From Octopus vulgaris (Eukaryota): a stretch of DNA of 64,000 nt. Position numbers and translations under genes: made by a program. The notes under the pieces were generated by a model, which searched no databases, had not been told where the DNA came from, and worked only from the letters and a program-made list of their open reading frames with translations. Of this stretch, positions 13,976 to 29,567 are shown piece by piece (the first letter of the stretch is position 1; every line of letters begins with the position of its first letter). The DNA is taken from assembly GCA_951406725.2 (NCBI GenBank), contig OX597823.1:51894001-51958000 (forward strand). Direction: 5' to 3'.

Positions 13976-14555
13976 TAGGGGTTGTCAACTATTTTTTTAT
14001 CTATGGCCCCCTTTGATTACTATTTTATTTTGGTGGACCCCTATAGCCATTTGATGTTTAAAAACTAGTTTTATAGAAACTTCTTTCGAAATTCCTATTT
14101 AATTTTCACCCATTCACTTGTATGGGTTGATCTATGTAAAATGTTAGAGAAAGAAGCCTCACTGTTTCTTGCAAAAAATATCAATACAAAGGTAGCGTGC
14201 TGGCAGAAATGCTTGCACGCCAGGAAAAATGCTTTGCAGTATTTCGTCTGTCTTTCCGTTCTGGGTTCAAAGTCTGCCATGGTCAGCTTTGCTTTTCATC
14301 CTTCAGTGGTGGAAAAATTACGTACCAGTTGCATACTGAGGTCGTCCTACTTGACTGGCCCCTCTCCCAAAATTTCGGGCCTTGTGCCTAGAGTTAGAAA
14401 AGAATAAATACCAATACATATGTCTGAAGTGAAAATGTTGCAGGGGACCCAAAATGTTCTATTGTGGAACCCCAGCTTATTGTTTTGTTGTGTGAACCCC
14501 CAAGAATATTATATGGACCCTAAGAGGCCATACGGCCTCTGGTTGAGAACCACTG
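13976..14555. mobile_element. hAT-type MITE with nested SINE B (about 14190-14405)
   Basis: Termini TAGGGGTTGTCAAC / GTTGAGAACCACTG; perfect 8-bp TSD TGTTAGAG at 13968-13975 and 14556-14563. Confidence 0.85.
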
Positions 14556-15727
14556 TGTTAGAGTATCACACACACTGCCATTGGATCTTATGAAATTTGA
14601 ACTCTCTGTCATGCCTAAACCACTGCTTCTTTGGTGTGCTTGATAAGAGAAATAAAAATAAAATTAAAATGGATTCTATTCTTATTTTCCAATTGGAAAG
14701 CTGTCAATAACAGGAAAAGATTTGCTCCAACAAAAGTACCACCAGACCGTTTTATACAAGGACAGAAAAAGAGAGCAATAGAGTGATGTAGCTTACTTAA
14801 ACACATGCATTATACTGAGCAAATATATTCTTATAGCAGATAGACACCAAAATATGATTCCAACGAACACAAAAACCAAACACAAAGTGAACTTGCCAAT
14901 TCAAAGTGTTTTAAGTACAAAATGATACCTTTTGTGTTTGTGTGAGGAAGTGGAACAAATTAACCACAATGAAGTCATAAATACTTGAATAGTAATTACT
15001 GTAGAGAAATCTTTTTTGTATTTAAACCTATCAAATATATATAGAGAGAAAGAATCTGACTTATTTAAAAAGTGTGAAAAACCTAAGCAACAAGTAAAGA
15101 TATACATTATCTTTAATCATTCAAAATAAATGGTTAGTAATGCTTGATATACAATTTGTTTTTATTTTTATATATTTATCATTTTTTTTCTTTCCCATCT
15201 TTTTTTTTATTTCTGCTTTTCTTACTTTCTTTTTTTTTTCTTTTTTGCTTTATTTTTGAGACAGCTTTTCCAGTCAAGTAACAATATCGAAATGACGATA
15301 GCATTTGTTAATGTTTTGAAATATTGAGATAATCAGCAAGTTTATGGTTTTTAAATCTATTGCTTCATGGCCATAAAAATGGAATTATTGCTATCGCCTA
15401 TGTACTTTGGCCATAAGTAAGCTGATGGCCGAAACATTACAAGCTTCTTGGAACACTTGGGGATTCATTAATACTGCATTCTTTCTGATTATGCCAAGCA
15501 ATGCTCTAAAAAGTATCAGATAAAGCCAATCAATCCTCTAAGGTTGAAAGTTTGCCAGAAATACTGCAAGAATTATTGATTTCTATTATTATTTTTTTTG
15601 TTATTGTTGAGGTTGTTATTATTATTATTATTATTTTTGTTGCTATTATTATTCGGCTTCATATTTATATTTTATTTTTTCATGTAGTGTATATAGATAC
15701 GCGTATGTATGTGAGTAACTGCATATA

Positions 15728-15784
<57 letters not shown>

Positions 15785-15827
15785 ATGTATATATATATAT
15801 GTGTGTGTATGTATATATATATGTGTA

Positions 15828-15858
<31 letters not shown>

Positions 15859-16567
15859 ATATATATGTATATATATATATGTATGTATATATTTGTGTAT
15901 GTGTAAGTGTCCATATGAACAAGAGCTTATGCATTTTTGTGTGTGTGTAATGTTTGAGTATGTAATGAGTGTGTAATGTTTGAGTGTATTGTCTATTATA
16001 TCATATATGTGTGACTGCTATCATATTGTTTTTATATGTATATATATATGTTCTTTTTGTCTGCAAATAAATTCTATTTGTAAATAACACTCAGTGGATG
16101 CATCAATAATGTTTTATCGTACAGAATTATGAAAGCTGTTAACGGCCGCTGATCCTTGATTCACTTGCAAAATGCACAGGATTAGTAAGAAGATTTTCAT
16201 AAGATATGCACATGTGTGTTACTTCCTGCATATGTGTTACTGCATGCATGAATATATATATGTATGTATATATATATGTATTTATTCATATATATAGATG
16301 TGTGTATCTATCTAAATATATATATATATAATATATATATGTATATGTGTATTTATTCATATACATACATATAGATATACATATATATTAATACACATAT
16401 ACATTTCTATCTATATAAACACATAAATATGTATATATATATACATACGCAAGTTACATATATGTATAAATACATGCATATGTATATATACATATATATC
16501 TATACATGCAAAGATACATATAGGAGTATTAGTTTGACACTCAGGAAAGTGAGAAAGTATATATCTA

Positions 16568-16610
<43 letters not shown>

Positions 16611-16917
16611 GCACACACACACACATACACATGCACACATACATATTTATTTATATATACTTGCATTGTCAGATAAATTTATTGGTCTTTTTTCCATTTG
16701 TTTTAATCTTTTCCAATATTATTTGAATCGCCATAAAAAATATTTTTATGTTAGTGTTTCATGGTTTTTATAACTCCATTTTCCCTCTATAACTTTTGTT
16801 TATAGTTTTTAGAAATTTGAATAAATTTTATTTCTTATCCGACACATGACAATAAAATGCTGAGCAGGAAAAACTGAATGCACTTATTTGATAACCCAGT
16901 ACATACACACGCACACA

Positions 16918-17000
<83 letters not shown>

Positions 17001-17587
17001 TCGTATTTACACATGTACATATATATATGTACAAGTATATACATATATGCATATATATGTTCTTTTATAGGGCTTAGAAAACTGCAACGTGTGAATTTGA
17101 GAGGAGAATATGTTGGATAAAATTCATAATTAACTAATCCTCCTGTGTTTTCTTTTATCCAAAGGTAGTAACTTTACAACACCCCCTCATTTACTTCTCT
17201 ATTCACTCAAGTTTAAACCTCATGAGCACTACTAAATGTATTCAAAATAGAGAATATTTGATTTTCAGCTATGAACTATATAGATAAATATATATATACA
17301 TGTACTTATATAAACACACACACACACACGCATATGCACACATATATATATACGTATATGCATATATGCTGGTGCCATGTAAAAAGCATCAGTACCAGTG
17401 CTGTGTAAAGGCACCCAGTACATTCTGTAAAGAGATTGGCATTAGGAAGGGCATTAAGCTGTAGAAACCATGCCAAGATAGACATGGAGCCTGAACAGCT
17501 CTTCAGCTGGTCAAACTGTCCAACCCATGCTGGCATGGAAAATGGACATTAAATGATGATGATGATGATGATTTTGACGATATATGC

Positions 17588-17656
<69 letters not shown>

Positions 17657-18377
17657 AATGTATACACATATATATATGACAATAACCCCTTCCAGGACAA
17701 TTACCTGAGATCAACAGATGATGATTTAAAACTTCTTCATATATTAGAGAGGGGGTAACTAACCAAGGGGAGTAATTTATCCCAGGGGACAGTTGTTGTC
17801 AGGGGAATTGTTCTATGGAGGTAGGTGGGGTAATTGTCCTTGGGGCTAATATATATACATGCATACATATACATACACATATGCACACGCACACACACAC
17901 ATATATACATATATATGTGTTTGTATATTCATTCTTTTATTCTTTTAATTGTTTCAGTCATTTGACTGTGGTCAAGAAGGAGCACCACCTTGAATCTTTT
18001 AGTTGAATGAACCGACCCCAGTGCTTACTTTTTAAGCATGGTACTTTTTCTTTAAGTTTCTTTTGCCAAACTGTTAAGTTATGGGGATGTAAACACACCA
18101 ACATCGGTTGTCAAGCAGCGATGGGAGAACAAATATGGATACAAAGACACATACACAGATACATGCATATATAAATTTTTTTACTTGTTTCAGTCATTTG
18201 ACTGCAGCCATACTGGAGCACCACCTTTAGTCGAACAAATCGACTTCAGGACTTATTCTTTGTAAGCCCAGTACTTATTCTATTGGTCCCTTTTGCCAAA
18301 CTGCTAGGTTACGGGGACATAAACATACTGACATTGGTTGTCAAGCATATATATATATATATATATTTATATATTCC

Positions 18378-18462
<85 letters not shown>

Positions 18463-19169
18463 TATGTAGGTCCCGGGTTGATTCGGGGTTAACCACAGTA
18501 AGTAAGGTACTCAATACATGGCAGAGTAAAATTATATAGAAGGAGCTTCTTGAATGAAACAGTACTAGTCCTGTAGAAGCTCCTTCTATATAATAAATAT
18601 ATATAAATATATATATATATATATAAGTATGTATGTATATACTTCGTTTTTGAATTTGGTTTGCAAGATTCTTTATGTGAGTTCATGTGTCGAAGCATAT
18701 TTTGTTGTGTCTGCGCCTATCCACACAGCTGTCTTGGGAAAAATATGTGTGCATGTGTGTGTGTACATAATATTTTTTTCTATATGTTTGATCAAGAAAT
18801 AAGGGCTGCGTCCATGAACCTTGTAGATTCTTTGACAGAGGTTTTATCAATGCTATGTATTTCATCAACAGCTGAAGGATCATGAAATATTATTGAATTT
18901 CTGGTCCAATATACAATTTTTGAGCAAGGGAAAAAAAAGGAATGCATGTGTCAATTTGAGTAAAATGGTCACGTATGTAACAGCAAGTACCACATGGAAG
19001 AAATCATTGCAGATGTGGTATAAGTGACTGAAGAAATAGACCACATGTGCACTAAAGTAATGGGCCTCATTCTGACAAATCCTAGACCACATTTCACAAA
19101 AGAAATGTTGAAATTATCTGTCCTGCTCTCACCTTTTTAATTATAAGAACACAAAAGGTTAACATGCAG

Positions 19170-20158
19170 GTGCAGGCATTGTTGTGTGGTTAAGAAGCTC
19201 AATTTAGGATCACATGGATTCAGGTTCAGTCCCACAGCACTGCATCCTTGAGCAAGTGACTTCTACTAAAGTCCCTGGGCTGCAAAATACCTTGTGAGTG
19301 AATTTGGTAGATAGAAACTGTGTGGAAGCTCATTAGATATATGTGTGCACATGTGTGTTTTTGCATCTGTGTTTGTGCCTCCTACAAGCTGATGTTCCAG
19401 CATGGTTGCACTCCTATGACACAAAGAAGTAAAAGATAGATCCAATGTAATTCATCATAATGGTTTTGATTAAGTTTAAAAAGTTTGGAAATCATCATAT
19501 CTTATATATTCAAATTTACTCTATAGTATATCAAGATATTTCTATGTAATTTTGATAAATATATATTTATATATATATTTATCAAAATTATATATAGATA
19601 ATTTGAAATAATATCGGTGATATCTTTGAAACATGTGTCGGAAGTAAAAGTATCTGAATTATACCTGCATTAAACTCTATTTATTTATATATTATACAAA
19701 AAATTCCACATAAACCCAAAGTTTCTACCTTTAAAAACAAGGAGTTACAACCTCTTTACTTGTGTGAATTTTGCTACCCTGGTAACTATTTATCTATTTT
19801 TTCCGTGTTAATTGTTAACAAAGGAAAAATACACACATCTATTTATATATATTTTTATAATATCAAGATATTTCTATGTAATTTTGATAAATATATTTTT
19901 ATATATATTGATAAATAATTTTGCATAATTTGGATGACAGTTTATTCACTGCACCCTGTATATGTATATTCACCACACCGTGTGTGTTTGTATATATACA
20001 TATATTAATTCAATGTGTATTGCTTTCCATTAATAAATGAAAAAAAATGTATGGTAAATAAACAAGTGACATAACGTATACTGAATGTAAAAACGAACGG
20101 GAGACAAACGGAAGGTCCATAATTCTTCATCAGATTTTGACCAGTTGGTAATATTCAG

Positions 20159-20200
<42 letters not shown>

Positions 20201-23200
20201 GTATGCAGGTATTTTTGTATGTATGTACGTATTTCTGTGTATGTGTATGTGTATACAAATGCATATAGATATACACACACATACACATAGACATACATAC
20301 ACAAATACATGCTGCTTTATTATTTGTCCTTCTCTCAGCATCCTGAGCTCAAATATCATGGTTAACTTTGCTTTGCATCTTTTTGTGGTTGATAAAGTGT
20401 TATTTCCTCCCCTTCCTCTTCCTCCTCCTACTCACACAACTACTACTCTCTTTCTCAGGAAAAAAAAAACAGGCAGACAGATTTGGAAGGGTGATAAACT
20501 CTACCAGTTTCTATATCCAAGATATATTACTTGTTGATGATCAGTATTATCTTAAGGTAGGTGGTATATGTGTTGCAGCATAAAAACCTTTGTTCAGCTT
20601 CTTTCTTCCCTGGATATTTACCTATGTGTCAAAGAAACAGATAATTCATTTTTTTTTCCATTCCTAAAACACTGGACTATGGACAAGTTACTAGATATAG
20701 CATTTAGTAAGAATCTTTCACTCGTCGTATCGGGGAACAGAAAGAAAGTCTTACAGTTGGTACATTGTCTCTAGAGCTACAATGCAATTGATTGGGCTAT
20801 CTTACATAAATTTCAGAATTTCAGGCTTACAAGACCTATGGATACACTCCATTTTATAAATCATCTTTTATTCATTTCCATGTATAAATTTATAAATTTT
20901 CATAACATTACTTCATCATGTTAAACACATTGATTATGTCTTTTCTTTCGTTCCATGGTGAAGGAGGTTTAGAACTTTCCCAAAGTGTTTCATTATATTA
21001 AAGATTTTGATTGTCTTCAATGTTGTTCCATAATTTTAATAATGTGTAACACTCAAACACCTTTTGTGACAAGCAGAATAAATGCAGAACATTTTATATT
21101 ATAGTTTTATCTTTAAACATTAGTACAACTTTCTAACAGAAAGATATTCCGTTCAATTCAGGGCCAGATTAAAACCCATATAGGCCCTAAGCACTTCAAA
21201 TATTTTGGTAGCCCCAAATAAATATATAATTCAAAATATATACAATAATAAACCATGATACAAAATATTTTTCGAAATGGAACAAAACTTACCATAAGAT
21301 AGAAAATAATGTTTCTGTTTGAAAAGTTTCCTGCTAGTTTTTTTATAGCAAAGTCTTTGATCAAATCCCCACTATGATACCATGAACACAACAAAATTAT
21401 ATTTCCAATCATATAAACCACTTCGAATATTATTTTAGCAAGTTTAGCATGCTGGACAAAATGCCTAGATATATTTTGCCCATTGCTATGTTCTGAGGTC
21501 AAATTCTGCCAAGGCCAACTTTGCCTTTCATCCTTTTGGGGTTAATAAATTAAGTACCAGTGAATCACTGGTGTTGATATAATCAACTAGTTCCCTCTCC
21601 ATAACTTTCTAGCCTTATTCCTGTAATAGAAAGGATTATTTTAGCAAGTTTAAAGTAATTTCTTTTGTGCTGTAGACCATTTACCATTTCTTTGGTTCCC
21701 TTTCCCTTGATGCTTTAAGCACATGCTTCTTTTACTTAATGGTTAATCTAGTGCTAGTGAGATTGAAACAAGTACACATCCTCACTATAAAAATATATCC
21801 TTGCACCTAATGGAATTAATTATTCTATTCTGATATTGGATGTTGATATATGAATTAATTATTGAATTGCAAAAATAATTATGATGTGACCTATCAGCTG
21901 TGTTCATTATGATTCAAAAGTAGATTCCATTATCTTGTCCACTATTGCATTCATTATTTCTGCCTTAATTATGTACTTTAAAAATGTGATACAAGAAACA
22001 TTATTTATGTGTTGTTGATATCAAGTTCATAATTGTCACCATCGACATTAACATTCTTGTCAACATTTTAGGATATTTGTGATTGTGTTGTTCCATGCTT
22101 GCATAGGTTTGATGGGTCTTCTCCAATCTAGTATGTTGCAACATGTTGAGGATATTTGTCTTTTCCTGCAAGAGGAGTTCATCTCTCATCACTCCTTCCT
22201 ATGTCATTCTTTGTCTTCCCTGTCTGTAGATTTTTAAAACTTTCCAATTGTTTGACATTTCTTGTCTATCTTACCCCTACCACTTTAACTGTATGGAAAT
22301 AAAATGTTACAATCCAAATGCAGGCATGGTTTTGTGGTTAAGAAGCTCAGTTTAAAATCACATGGTTTCAGGTTCAGTCCCACAGCACTGCATCCTTGAG
22401 CAAGTGTCTTCTACTAATGTCCCTGGGTTACAAAATACTTTATGGGTGAATTTGGTAGACAGAAACTGTGTGGAAGCTCATTAGATATATGTGTGCACAT
22501 GAGTGTTTTTGCATCTGTGTTTGTCCCTCCTACTGGCTGATAACTAGTGTTGGTTTGTTTATGTTTTGTAACTTCATGGTTTGGCCACAGACACTGCTAG
22601 AATAAATGCCAGATGTAAAAAGAACAAAAGTACCTTGTTCATGAATCAATTCAATTGATACTCTTCAAGGTGGTATTCCAGCAGGTTGCAGTCTCATGAC
22701 TGAAAGAAGTAAAAAAAAAAATGCAATGTAATTTATCACAATTATTTTGGGTAAGTTTAAAAAGTCTTGAAATCATCTCATTTTATTAACCATAACAGTT
22801 TATCTGCTTCCCCCTTTAATCCTGCTGTTGCTTGCGAGGAACCCTGGTTCAGGGATTGAAGTAAATTCTTTTATCTTTTCACCATTAAAGTGTGGCCTAT
22901 TCTGGGGCACTGCCATGAAGAATTTTTAGTCAAATGAATCGACCCTAGTACTTTATATTTGTAGTAAGCATCTTCATCCTTAATATGTGAACAGTATTCT
23001 ACAGTGGGACTTAGTTACACTGTATAAAAAGTCAGAAATTATTTAGTAAAACTTTCTAACCAAAAGATATTCTGTTCAATTCAGTGCCAGATTAAAATCC
23101 ATATAGGCCCTAAGCATTTCAAAGATGTTGGTGATCCCCCCCCCCATATATATATATATGATTCAAAATATATACAATGATAAGTCTTATCAATTTTTAT

Positions 23201-24195
23201 TTTTCAAGATGAAACAAAACTTACAGTAAGATGGAAAATAATGTTTCCGTTTGAAAAGTTTCCTACTAGTTTTTTAATTGCAAAGTTTTTGATCAGATCC
23301 TCATTATGACACCATGAACACAACAAAATTATATTTCCAGTCATATAAACCACTTCGAATATTATTTTAGCAAGTTTAGCATGCTGGACAAAATGCCTAG
23401 ATATATTTTGCCCATTGCTATGTTCTGAGGTCAAATTCTGCTATGGTCAACTTTGCTTTTCATCTGTTCAGGATCAATAAATTAAGTACCAGGGAATCAC
23501 TGGGTTGATGTAATCAACTAGTCTCCTCCCCATAAATTTCTAGCCTTGTTCCTGTAATAGAAAGGATTATTTTAGCAAGTTTAAAGTAATTTCTTTTGTG
23601 CTGTAAGCCATTTACCATTTCTGTGCTGCCCCTTTCCCTTTGATGCTTTAAGCACATGCTTCTTTTGCTTAATGGTTAATTCAGTGCTAGAGAGACTGAA
23701 ACAAGTATACATCCTCACTATAAAAATATATCCTTGCACCTAATGGAATTAATTATTCTATTCTGATATTGGATGTTGATATATGAATTAATTATTGAAT
23801 TGCAAAAATAATTATGATGTGACCTATCAGCTGTGTTCATTACGATTCAAAAGTAGATTCCATTATCTTGTCCACTGTTGCATTCATTATTTCTGCCTTG
23901 ATTATGTACTTTAAAAATGTGATACAAGAAGCATTATTTATGTGTTGTTGACATCAAGTTCATAATTGTCACCATCGACATTAACATTCTTGTCAACATT
24001 TTAGGATATTCATCATTTTGTTGTTCCATGCTTGCATAGGTTTGATAGGTCTTCTCCAATCTAGTATGTTGCAACACGTTGAGGATATTTGTCATTTCAT
24101 GCAAGAGGAGTTCATCTCTCATCACTTCTTCCTATGTCATTCTTTGTCTTCCCTTTCTGTAGATTTTTAAAACTTTCCAATTGTTTGACATTTCT
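19170..24195 (+). repeat. Old tandem segmental duplication
   Basis: 19170-19500 resembles 22320-22780, and 21127-22265 resembles 23050-24195; near-identical short ORF translations (MTSEHSNGQN..., MMRDELLL...). Confidence 0.85.
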
Positions 24196-24968
24196 TTATT
24201 CTACTGTCACACACACACAGATGTAAAGAAGAGCTGTTGTAATCTGGTTTCCCTCATATTTGTTTCCAGAATTTCTATATATGTCTGTTTGTCTCTCTGT
24301 CTATGTATATATATGTGTGCATGCATCTATATGAATACGTATGTGGTTGGTCTGATGCTATAGTAGAAGACATTTTCCAAGGGTGCCACACAGTGGGGCT
24401 CAACTCAGAAGAGACAAAAAGCAAATGTAAAATTTCATTATGATACGTTACCTATTTTTTATTTTCATTTTAACTAGTTTCATCTGATCTGAATGGAATT
24501 ATCAGGTGAAAATAAGAAAATAATTATAGTAGTTAAAATATATATAGAATATATGTATATATATATATATAAATAAAAGATTCAAGGATCGAGATGTAGG
24601 AAGAAAGTTAGCTTCAAGCAATCTGTAGTAAATATATAAAAAAACAACTTTCAGGAATAATAGTGGTTTATTGAGGCAGGAGGTTGTGGACTTTTTGTAT
24701 TGAAGTATGGTAAACTGAAAAAAAAATTCTTTTTACATTTCACAGCTCGGAACTTATCTACTCCATTCTTTAACTCCTGAATATATATATGCACATATAT
24801 AATACGTATGTGTGTGTGTGTGTGTGTGTGTGTCTATATACATAGATAGATAGATATAGATAGAGAGAGAGAGAGAGAGAGAGATAGATGCATATATGTA
24901 TAGATAGATTCATATTTACATATATACATATTCATATATATATATACCATCTCCTTTATCCCAGCATG

Positions 24969-25300
24969 AAGGCACATGGCTCAGTGGTTAGAGCATCAGG
25001 CTTACAATTGTAGGGCTGCGAATTTGATTCCTGAACTGAGCTGTGCGTTGTGTTCTTGAGCAAGACACTTTATTTCATATTGCTCCAGTTCACTGGAAAT
25101 GAGTTGGGATGTCACTGGTGCCAAGCTGTACTAGCCTTTACTTTTGCCTTGGACAACATCGGTGGCATGAATAGGGGAGACTGATATGCATGGGCAACTG
25201 CTGGTCTTATATAAACAACCTTGCCTGGATCTGTGCCTAGGAGGGGGATTTTCTAGGCACAATCCCATGGTCATTCATAATTTAACGGGGTCTTTTCCCT
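24969..25300 (+). mobile_element. tRNA-derived SINE family C
   Basis: GGCTCAGTGGTTAGAGC...TTCTTGAGCAAGACACTTTATTTCA...CCCATGGTCATTC; flanked by a direct repeat TTATCCCCAGCA. Confidence 0.75.
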
Positions 25301-25522
25301 TATCCCCAGCAACCATATAAAATTTTCTACCATCTCCCACATCACTGCCATTTAGGGATAGTATTATTCTCTATGCTAACAAGGATCTAAAATGTTAACT
25401 TTTAAGATTTTAAGCTTGCATGTCAAATTCAACTTGGCCAAAACATCAATGGAATTGTCTTCTGCAAAAACATTATCATTAGAATGAGCATTACATGCTT
25501 TAAATTTTAGATTTTTCTAAGT

Positions 25523-25751
25523 TTAACCCTTTAGCATTTAGATTACTCTGTCAAATGTAAAGCTTAATTATTCACATTTTTAAGAATTAATCATGTATCA
25601 TCTCATAGCTTTGAGATTTCAGCGATGTGATTGCTTATGTTTTGAATGACGTTATTGGGTAGGTGCATGAGGCTGGATCTGTCCAGTTTGAACATACAAC
25701 AGGTAGAATATTTGGGTCAGATATAACCATTTTAAACACTAAAAAAATTAA
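25523..25751. mobile_element. piggyBac-type MITE
   Basis: TTAA-CCCTTTAGCATT left end and decayed AAACACTAAAAAAA-TTAA right end; homologous to 34882-35110 and about 28203-28310. Confidence 0.65.
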
Positions 25752-27753
25752 GAATATTATGTTCCCCCAATACATTTAGAAAAGTTGAGCAATTACTTTG
25801 TTTGATCAGGTAACTATTTACCATGGGTATTTTTAAGCAGGTAGAGGCATGTGGCTTAGTGGTTAGGGTGTCAGCACCTTGATCGTAAGATTGTAGTTTT
25901 GATTCCTGGACTGGGCGATGCATTGTGTTCTTGAGCAAATCACTTCATTTCACATTGCTCCAGTCCACTCAGCTGGCAAAAATGAGTAATGCTGCGATGG
26001 ACTGGCATCCATACGCCATAGAAACCGGGAAACTGGGCCCATGAGCCTGGCTAGGCTTTAAAAGGGCACATTTATTTATTTTTTTATAAGTAGAGGCAAA
26101 TAAAGATTATATTACAAAAGAAAAAATAAAGCAATGACAAAAACTACTACTGCTGCTACCACTGTCATCATGCTCAATTGACTATGGCATATGGTACGTC
26201 TTGTGTTCTTTGTTTTCTGCTAGTTGTTTTAAGGTGCCCTTACAATTAATCATTGATTGGCTCTTGGACCATTGCCACTTCACTCAGCAGAATACCTGGG
26301 ATGTGATAGTAGCAGGAGGAAGAGAGTGCTTTATCAGTACTGGGCTGGTAATTTCTTTCAATCAACAATCCTTCCAAAAAAGATTTAAGGCAAAGTTGTC
26401 ATCAGCGGGATTTGAACTCGAAAACTAGAGATTTGGAACAAGTATATCATAAAGCATTTTATCTGATGCTGTAATAATGTTACCTCTCAAAATGTTTTGT
26501 TTTCAGTATTCTCTCTTTATTTCTAAAACAATCTTGAAGACCAAATTATGAAAGAGAAATTTGAAAGAACTTTAATTTTAGTCTGACAGTTCATAGCTAA
26601 AGCAAGCAGAAAACCCATACTGAATTACATAAGCAATAACTTCTAATCTGTCAAATGGATTAAATGAACTGGCAAACAAAATTACTTCTCTGATAGTGCA
26701 ATACCAATAAAATACTTGCATTCAGTATCAAGCAACTTTTGTGAGTTGTTACTAAGTAGAAAGATTGCTTTTAACTACTTACCACATAGTTTCACTCTAA
26801 ATTGAATTATACTGATTAAGAATTGTCACATCTTTATGAATGACTTGCAGGGAAGTTGACAATTTTGGGGATTAAATCTTGTCTTCTTGAAAATTTTCTA
26901 AAGTAGTTTGGCAAGAAATAGTGATTATCGTTATTTCCATTCATATGATCTTTGGCCAATTAGAAGAAGAAAGAGTATTAGAAACTTCACATTGTCTCAC
27001 TACTTGCAGTGCATATTTATTAAAATAAATTACTCGTCTATCTATATTTCCTTCCCCTGAAACTCAAGTTACTCCACATAGAGAGTAATGGATCAACTCA
27101 GAACAGTTTATGAATACTTGGTTCAAATTAAAGTTGTATAATTGAATTCTATGGCTTAATTTTGTCTGAATATTTTCACTGAGATACAAATATTTTCATT
27201 TGGCCAAATCTAATCATGTGTAAAATCAATATAGAAAACTTTGAGCTATTTTGCAGTTGTATGTCTTAAGGGTTAGTTACAGATATCAGTTAAATAAGTT
27301 TTTAACCACTAATATATGTAACCAAATTTATGTCATTTGTACCATCTATTGTTTACCGTTGTTAATATTGTTATTGTGGTTAGGGCAGCAAGCTGGCAGA
27401 ATCATTAGCATGCCAGGCAAAATACATAGTAGTATTTCATACATCTTCATGTTCTGAGTTCAAATTCCACCAAGGTCAACTTTGCCGTTCATCCTTTCAA
27501 AGTTGATAAAATAAGTACCAGTTGAGTACTGGGGTCAATGTAACTGACTTACCTGCTTCTCTGAAATTCCTGGCCTTGTGCCAAAATTTGAAATCAGTAT
27601 AGTTATTGTGGTTAGGGTAGTGAGTTGGCAGATCGTTAGTAATTGACTTACCCACTCTCCCTAAAACTGCTGGCTTTGACTGTAAATAATATCTATGATT
27701 ACAGGCTTCTAAACCCCAACCAGCCCATCTTTTTATAAAATAATCCATATATA

Positions 27754-28142
27754 GGCATAGGAGTGGCTGTGTGGTAAGTAGCTTGCTTACGAACCACATG
27801 GTTCTGGGTTCAGCCCCACTGCATGTCACCTTGGGCAAGTGTCTTCTACTATAGCCTCAAGCTGACCAAAGCCTTGTGAGTGGATTTGGTAGACGGAAAC
27901 TGAAAGAAGCCCATCGTATATATATGTGTGTGTGTATACGTTTGTGTGTCTGTGTTTATCCCCCCCAGCATTGCTTGACAACCGATGCTGGTGTGTTTAC
28001 ATCCCTGTAACTTACCTGTGCAGCAAAAGAGACCAATAGAATAAGTACTAGGCTTGCAAAGAATAAGTTCTGGGGTCGATTTGCTCGACTAAAGGCGGTA
28101 CTCCAGCATGGCCACAGTCAAATGACTGAAACAAGTAAAAGA
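27754..28142 (+). mobile_element. tRNA-derived SINE family A, near full length
   Basis: GGAGTGGCTGTGTGGTAAGTAGCTTGCTTACGAACCACATGGTTCTGGGTTCAG...AAATGACTGAAACAAGTAAAA. Confidence 0.85.
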
Positions 28143-28327
28143 GAGAGAGAGAGTGTATCATGAAGTTCTCTAGAGCTACCTGATACAACGTGCTTGTCTT
28201 TATTTAATGCTTTAGCATTCAGATTGCTCTCTCTCTCTAATGTAATGCTTATTTATCCATATTTTTAATGAATCATGCGTTATCTTGTAGCTTTGAGATT
28301 TTGACAATGTCTTTTAATCTTTTATCT

Positions 28328-28616
28328 TTTACTTGTTTCAGACATTTGACTGCAGTTATGCTGGGGCACCACCTTGGGGAATTTTAGTCAAACTAAATTG
28401 GTCCTAGCTCTTATTTTCTTTTTAAGCCTGGTACTTTTTCTATCGGTCTCTTTTGCTAAACCACTAAGTTATGGGGTGGGGGTGTAAGCACACAAGCACT
28501 GATTGTCAAATGGTGGTAGGGTATACACAGACACAGACACACACATGCACACACACACACACACGCACACACACATACACACACACGCACACACACACAC
28601 GTACACACACACGTAC

Positions 28617-28655
<39 letters not shown>

Positions 28656-28806
28656 CAACAGACTTCTTTTAGTTTCTGTCCACTAAATTGACTCACAAAG
28701 CTTTGGTTGGCCCAAGGCTATAGTAGAGGATGCTTGCAAAAGGTACCATGCAGAAGGACTGAACTCAGAACCATGTGGTTGGGAAGCAAACTTCTTACCA
28801 CACAGC
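28328..28806 (-). mobile_element. SINE family A with expanded (CA)n
   Basis: Reverse complement of the family A head and tail. Confidence 0.75.
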
Positions 28807-29517
28807 TTATATTGAAATGTACCTATGTTGAAATGATTTCCTTAAAAATAAAGTTATATCAATAACAAATTTATTTTTGCAGTGTGGAAGGTGTTTATAA
28901 GTCATTTAAGAAACATAAAAACGTTAGATTCATTTCGACATCTGAATTTAATTTGTCAAAATATTTTTGTCACTTTGAGACCGTGACCTGTTCACTGACA
29001 AAATTCTGTGCTGCATCTCTTCCACACTGCAATTGTTTTCATTCCAGCACACGATCTCAGATCAGGTCACTTGCTATGCAAGTACATTTCCGAAATTTAT
29101 TTTTCAAACATGTAAAATGGAAGTGCTCTTTATACAGTTATCTACTCAACCATTTATTTACTCTATAGCAAACATCTGTTTTTGTCCGTCCATCATACTT
29201 CAATTTTGCTACATCTGGCATAAAGCTATCCACCACCATCTTTCCTTCCCAAATACTTTCTCTTAGTATTGGGACTTTTCCAATTACATTTTTACATGCT
29301 TTGTCCTGCAAGTTACATGGCACCCTCACTAGTGCCAGTGGCACAAAAAAATGCACCCAGTGCACTCTGTAAAGTTGTTGGCTGGTGGACGGGGACGGTA
29401 TCCAGGTATAGAAACCATGCCAAAGATACCAGTGGAACTGAATGCAGCCTTGCTGTTTCCTGTCAAACAGTCCAACCCACTCCAGCATGGAAAATGGACA
29501 TTGAAAGTAACAACAAC

Positions 29518-29567
<50 letters not shown>

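Noticed and set aside
27754-27830. tRNA-like A/B boxes
   Set aside because: These are SINE heads, not complete cloverleaf tRNA genes.
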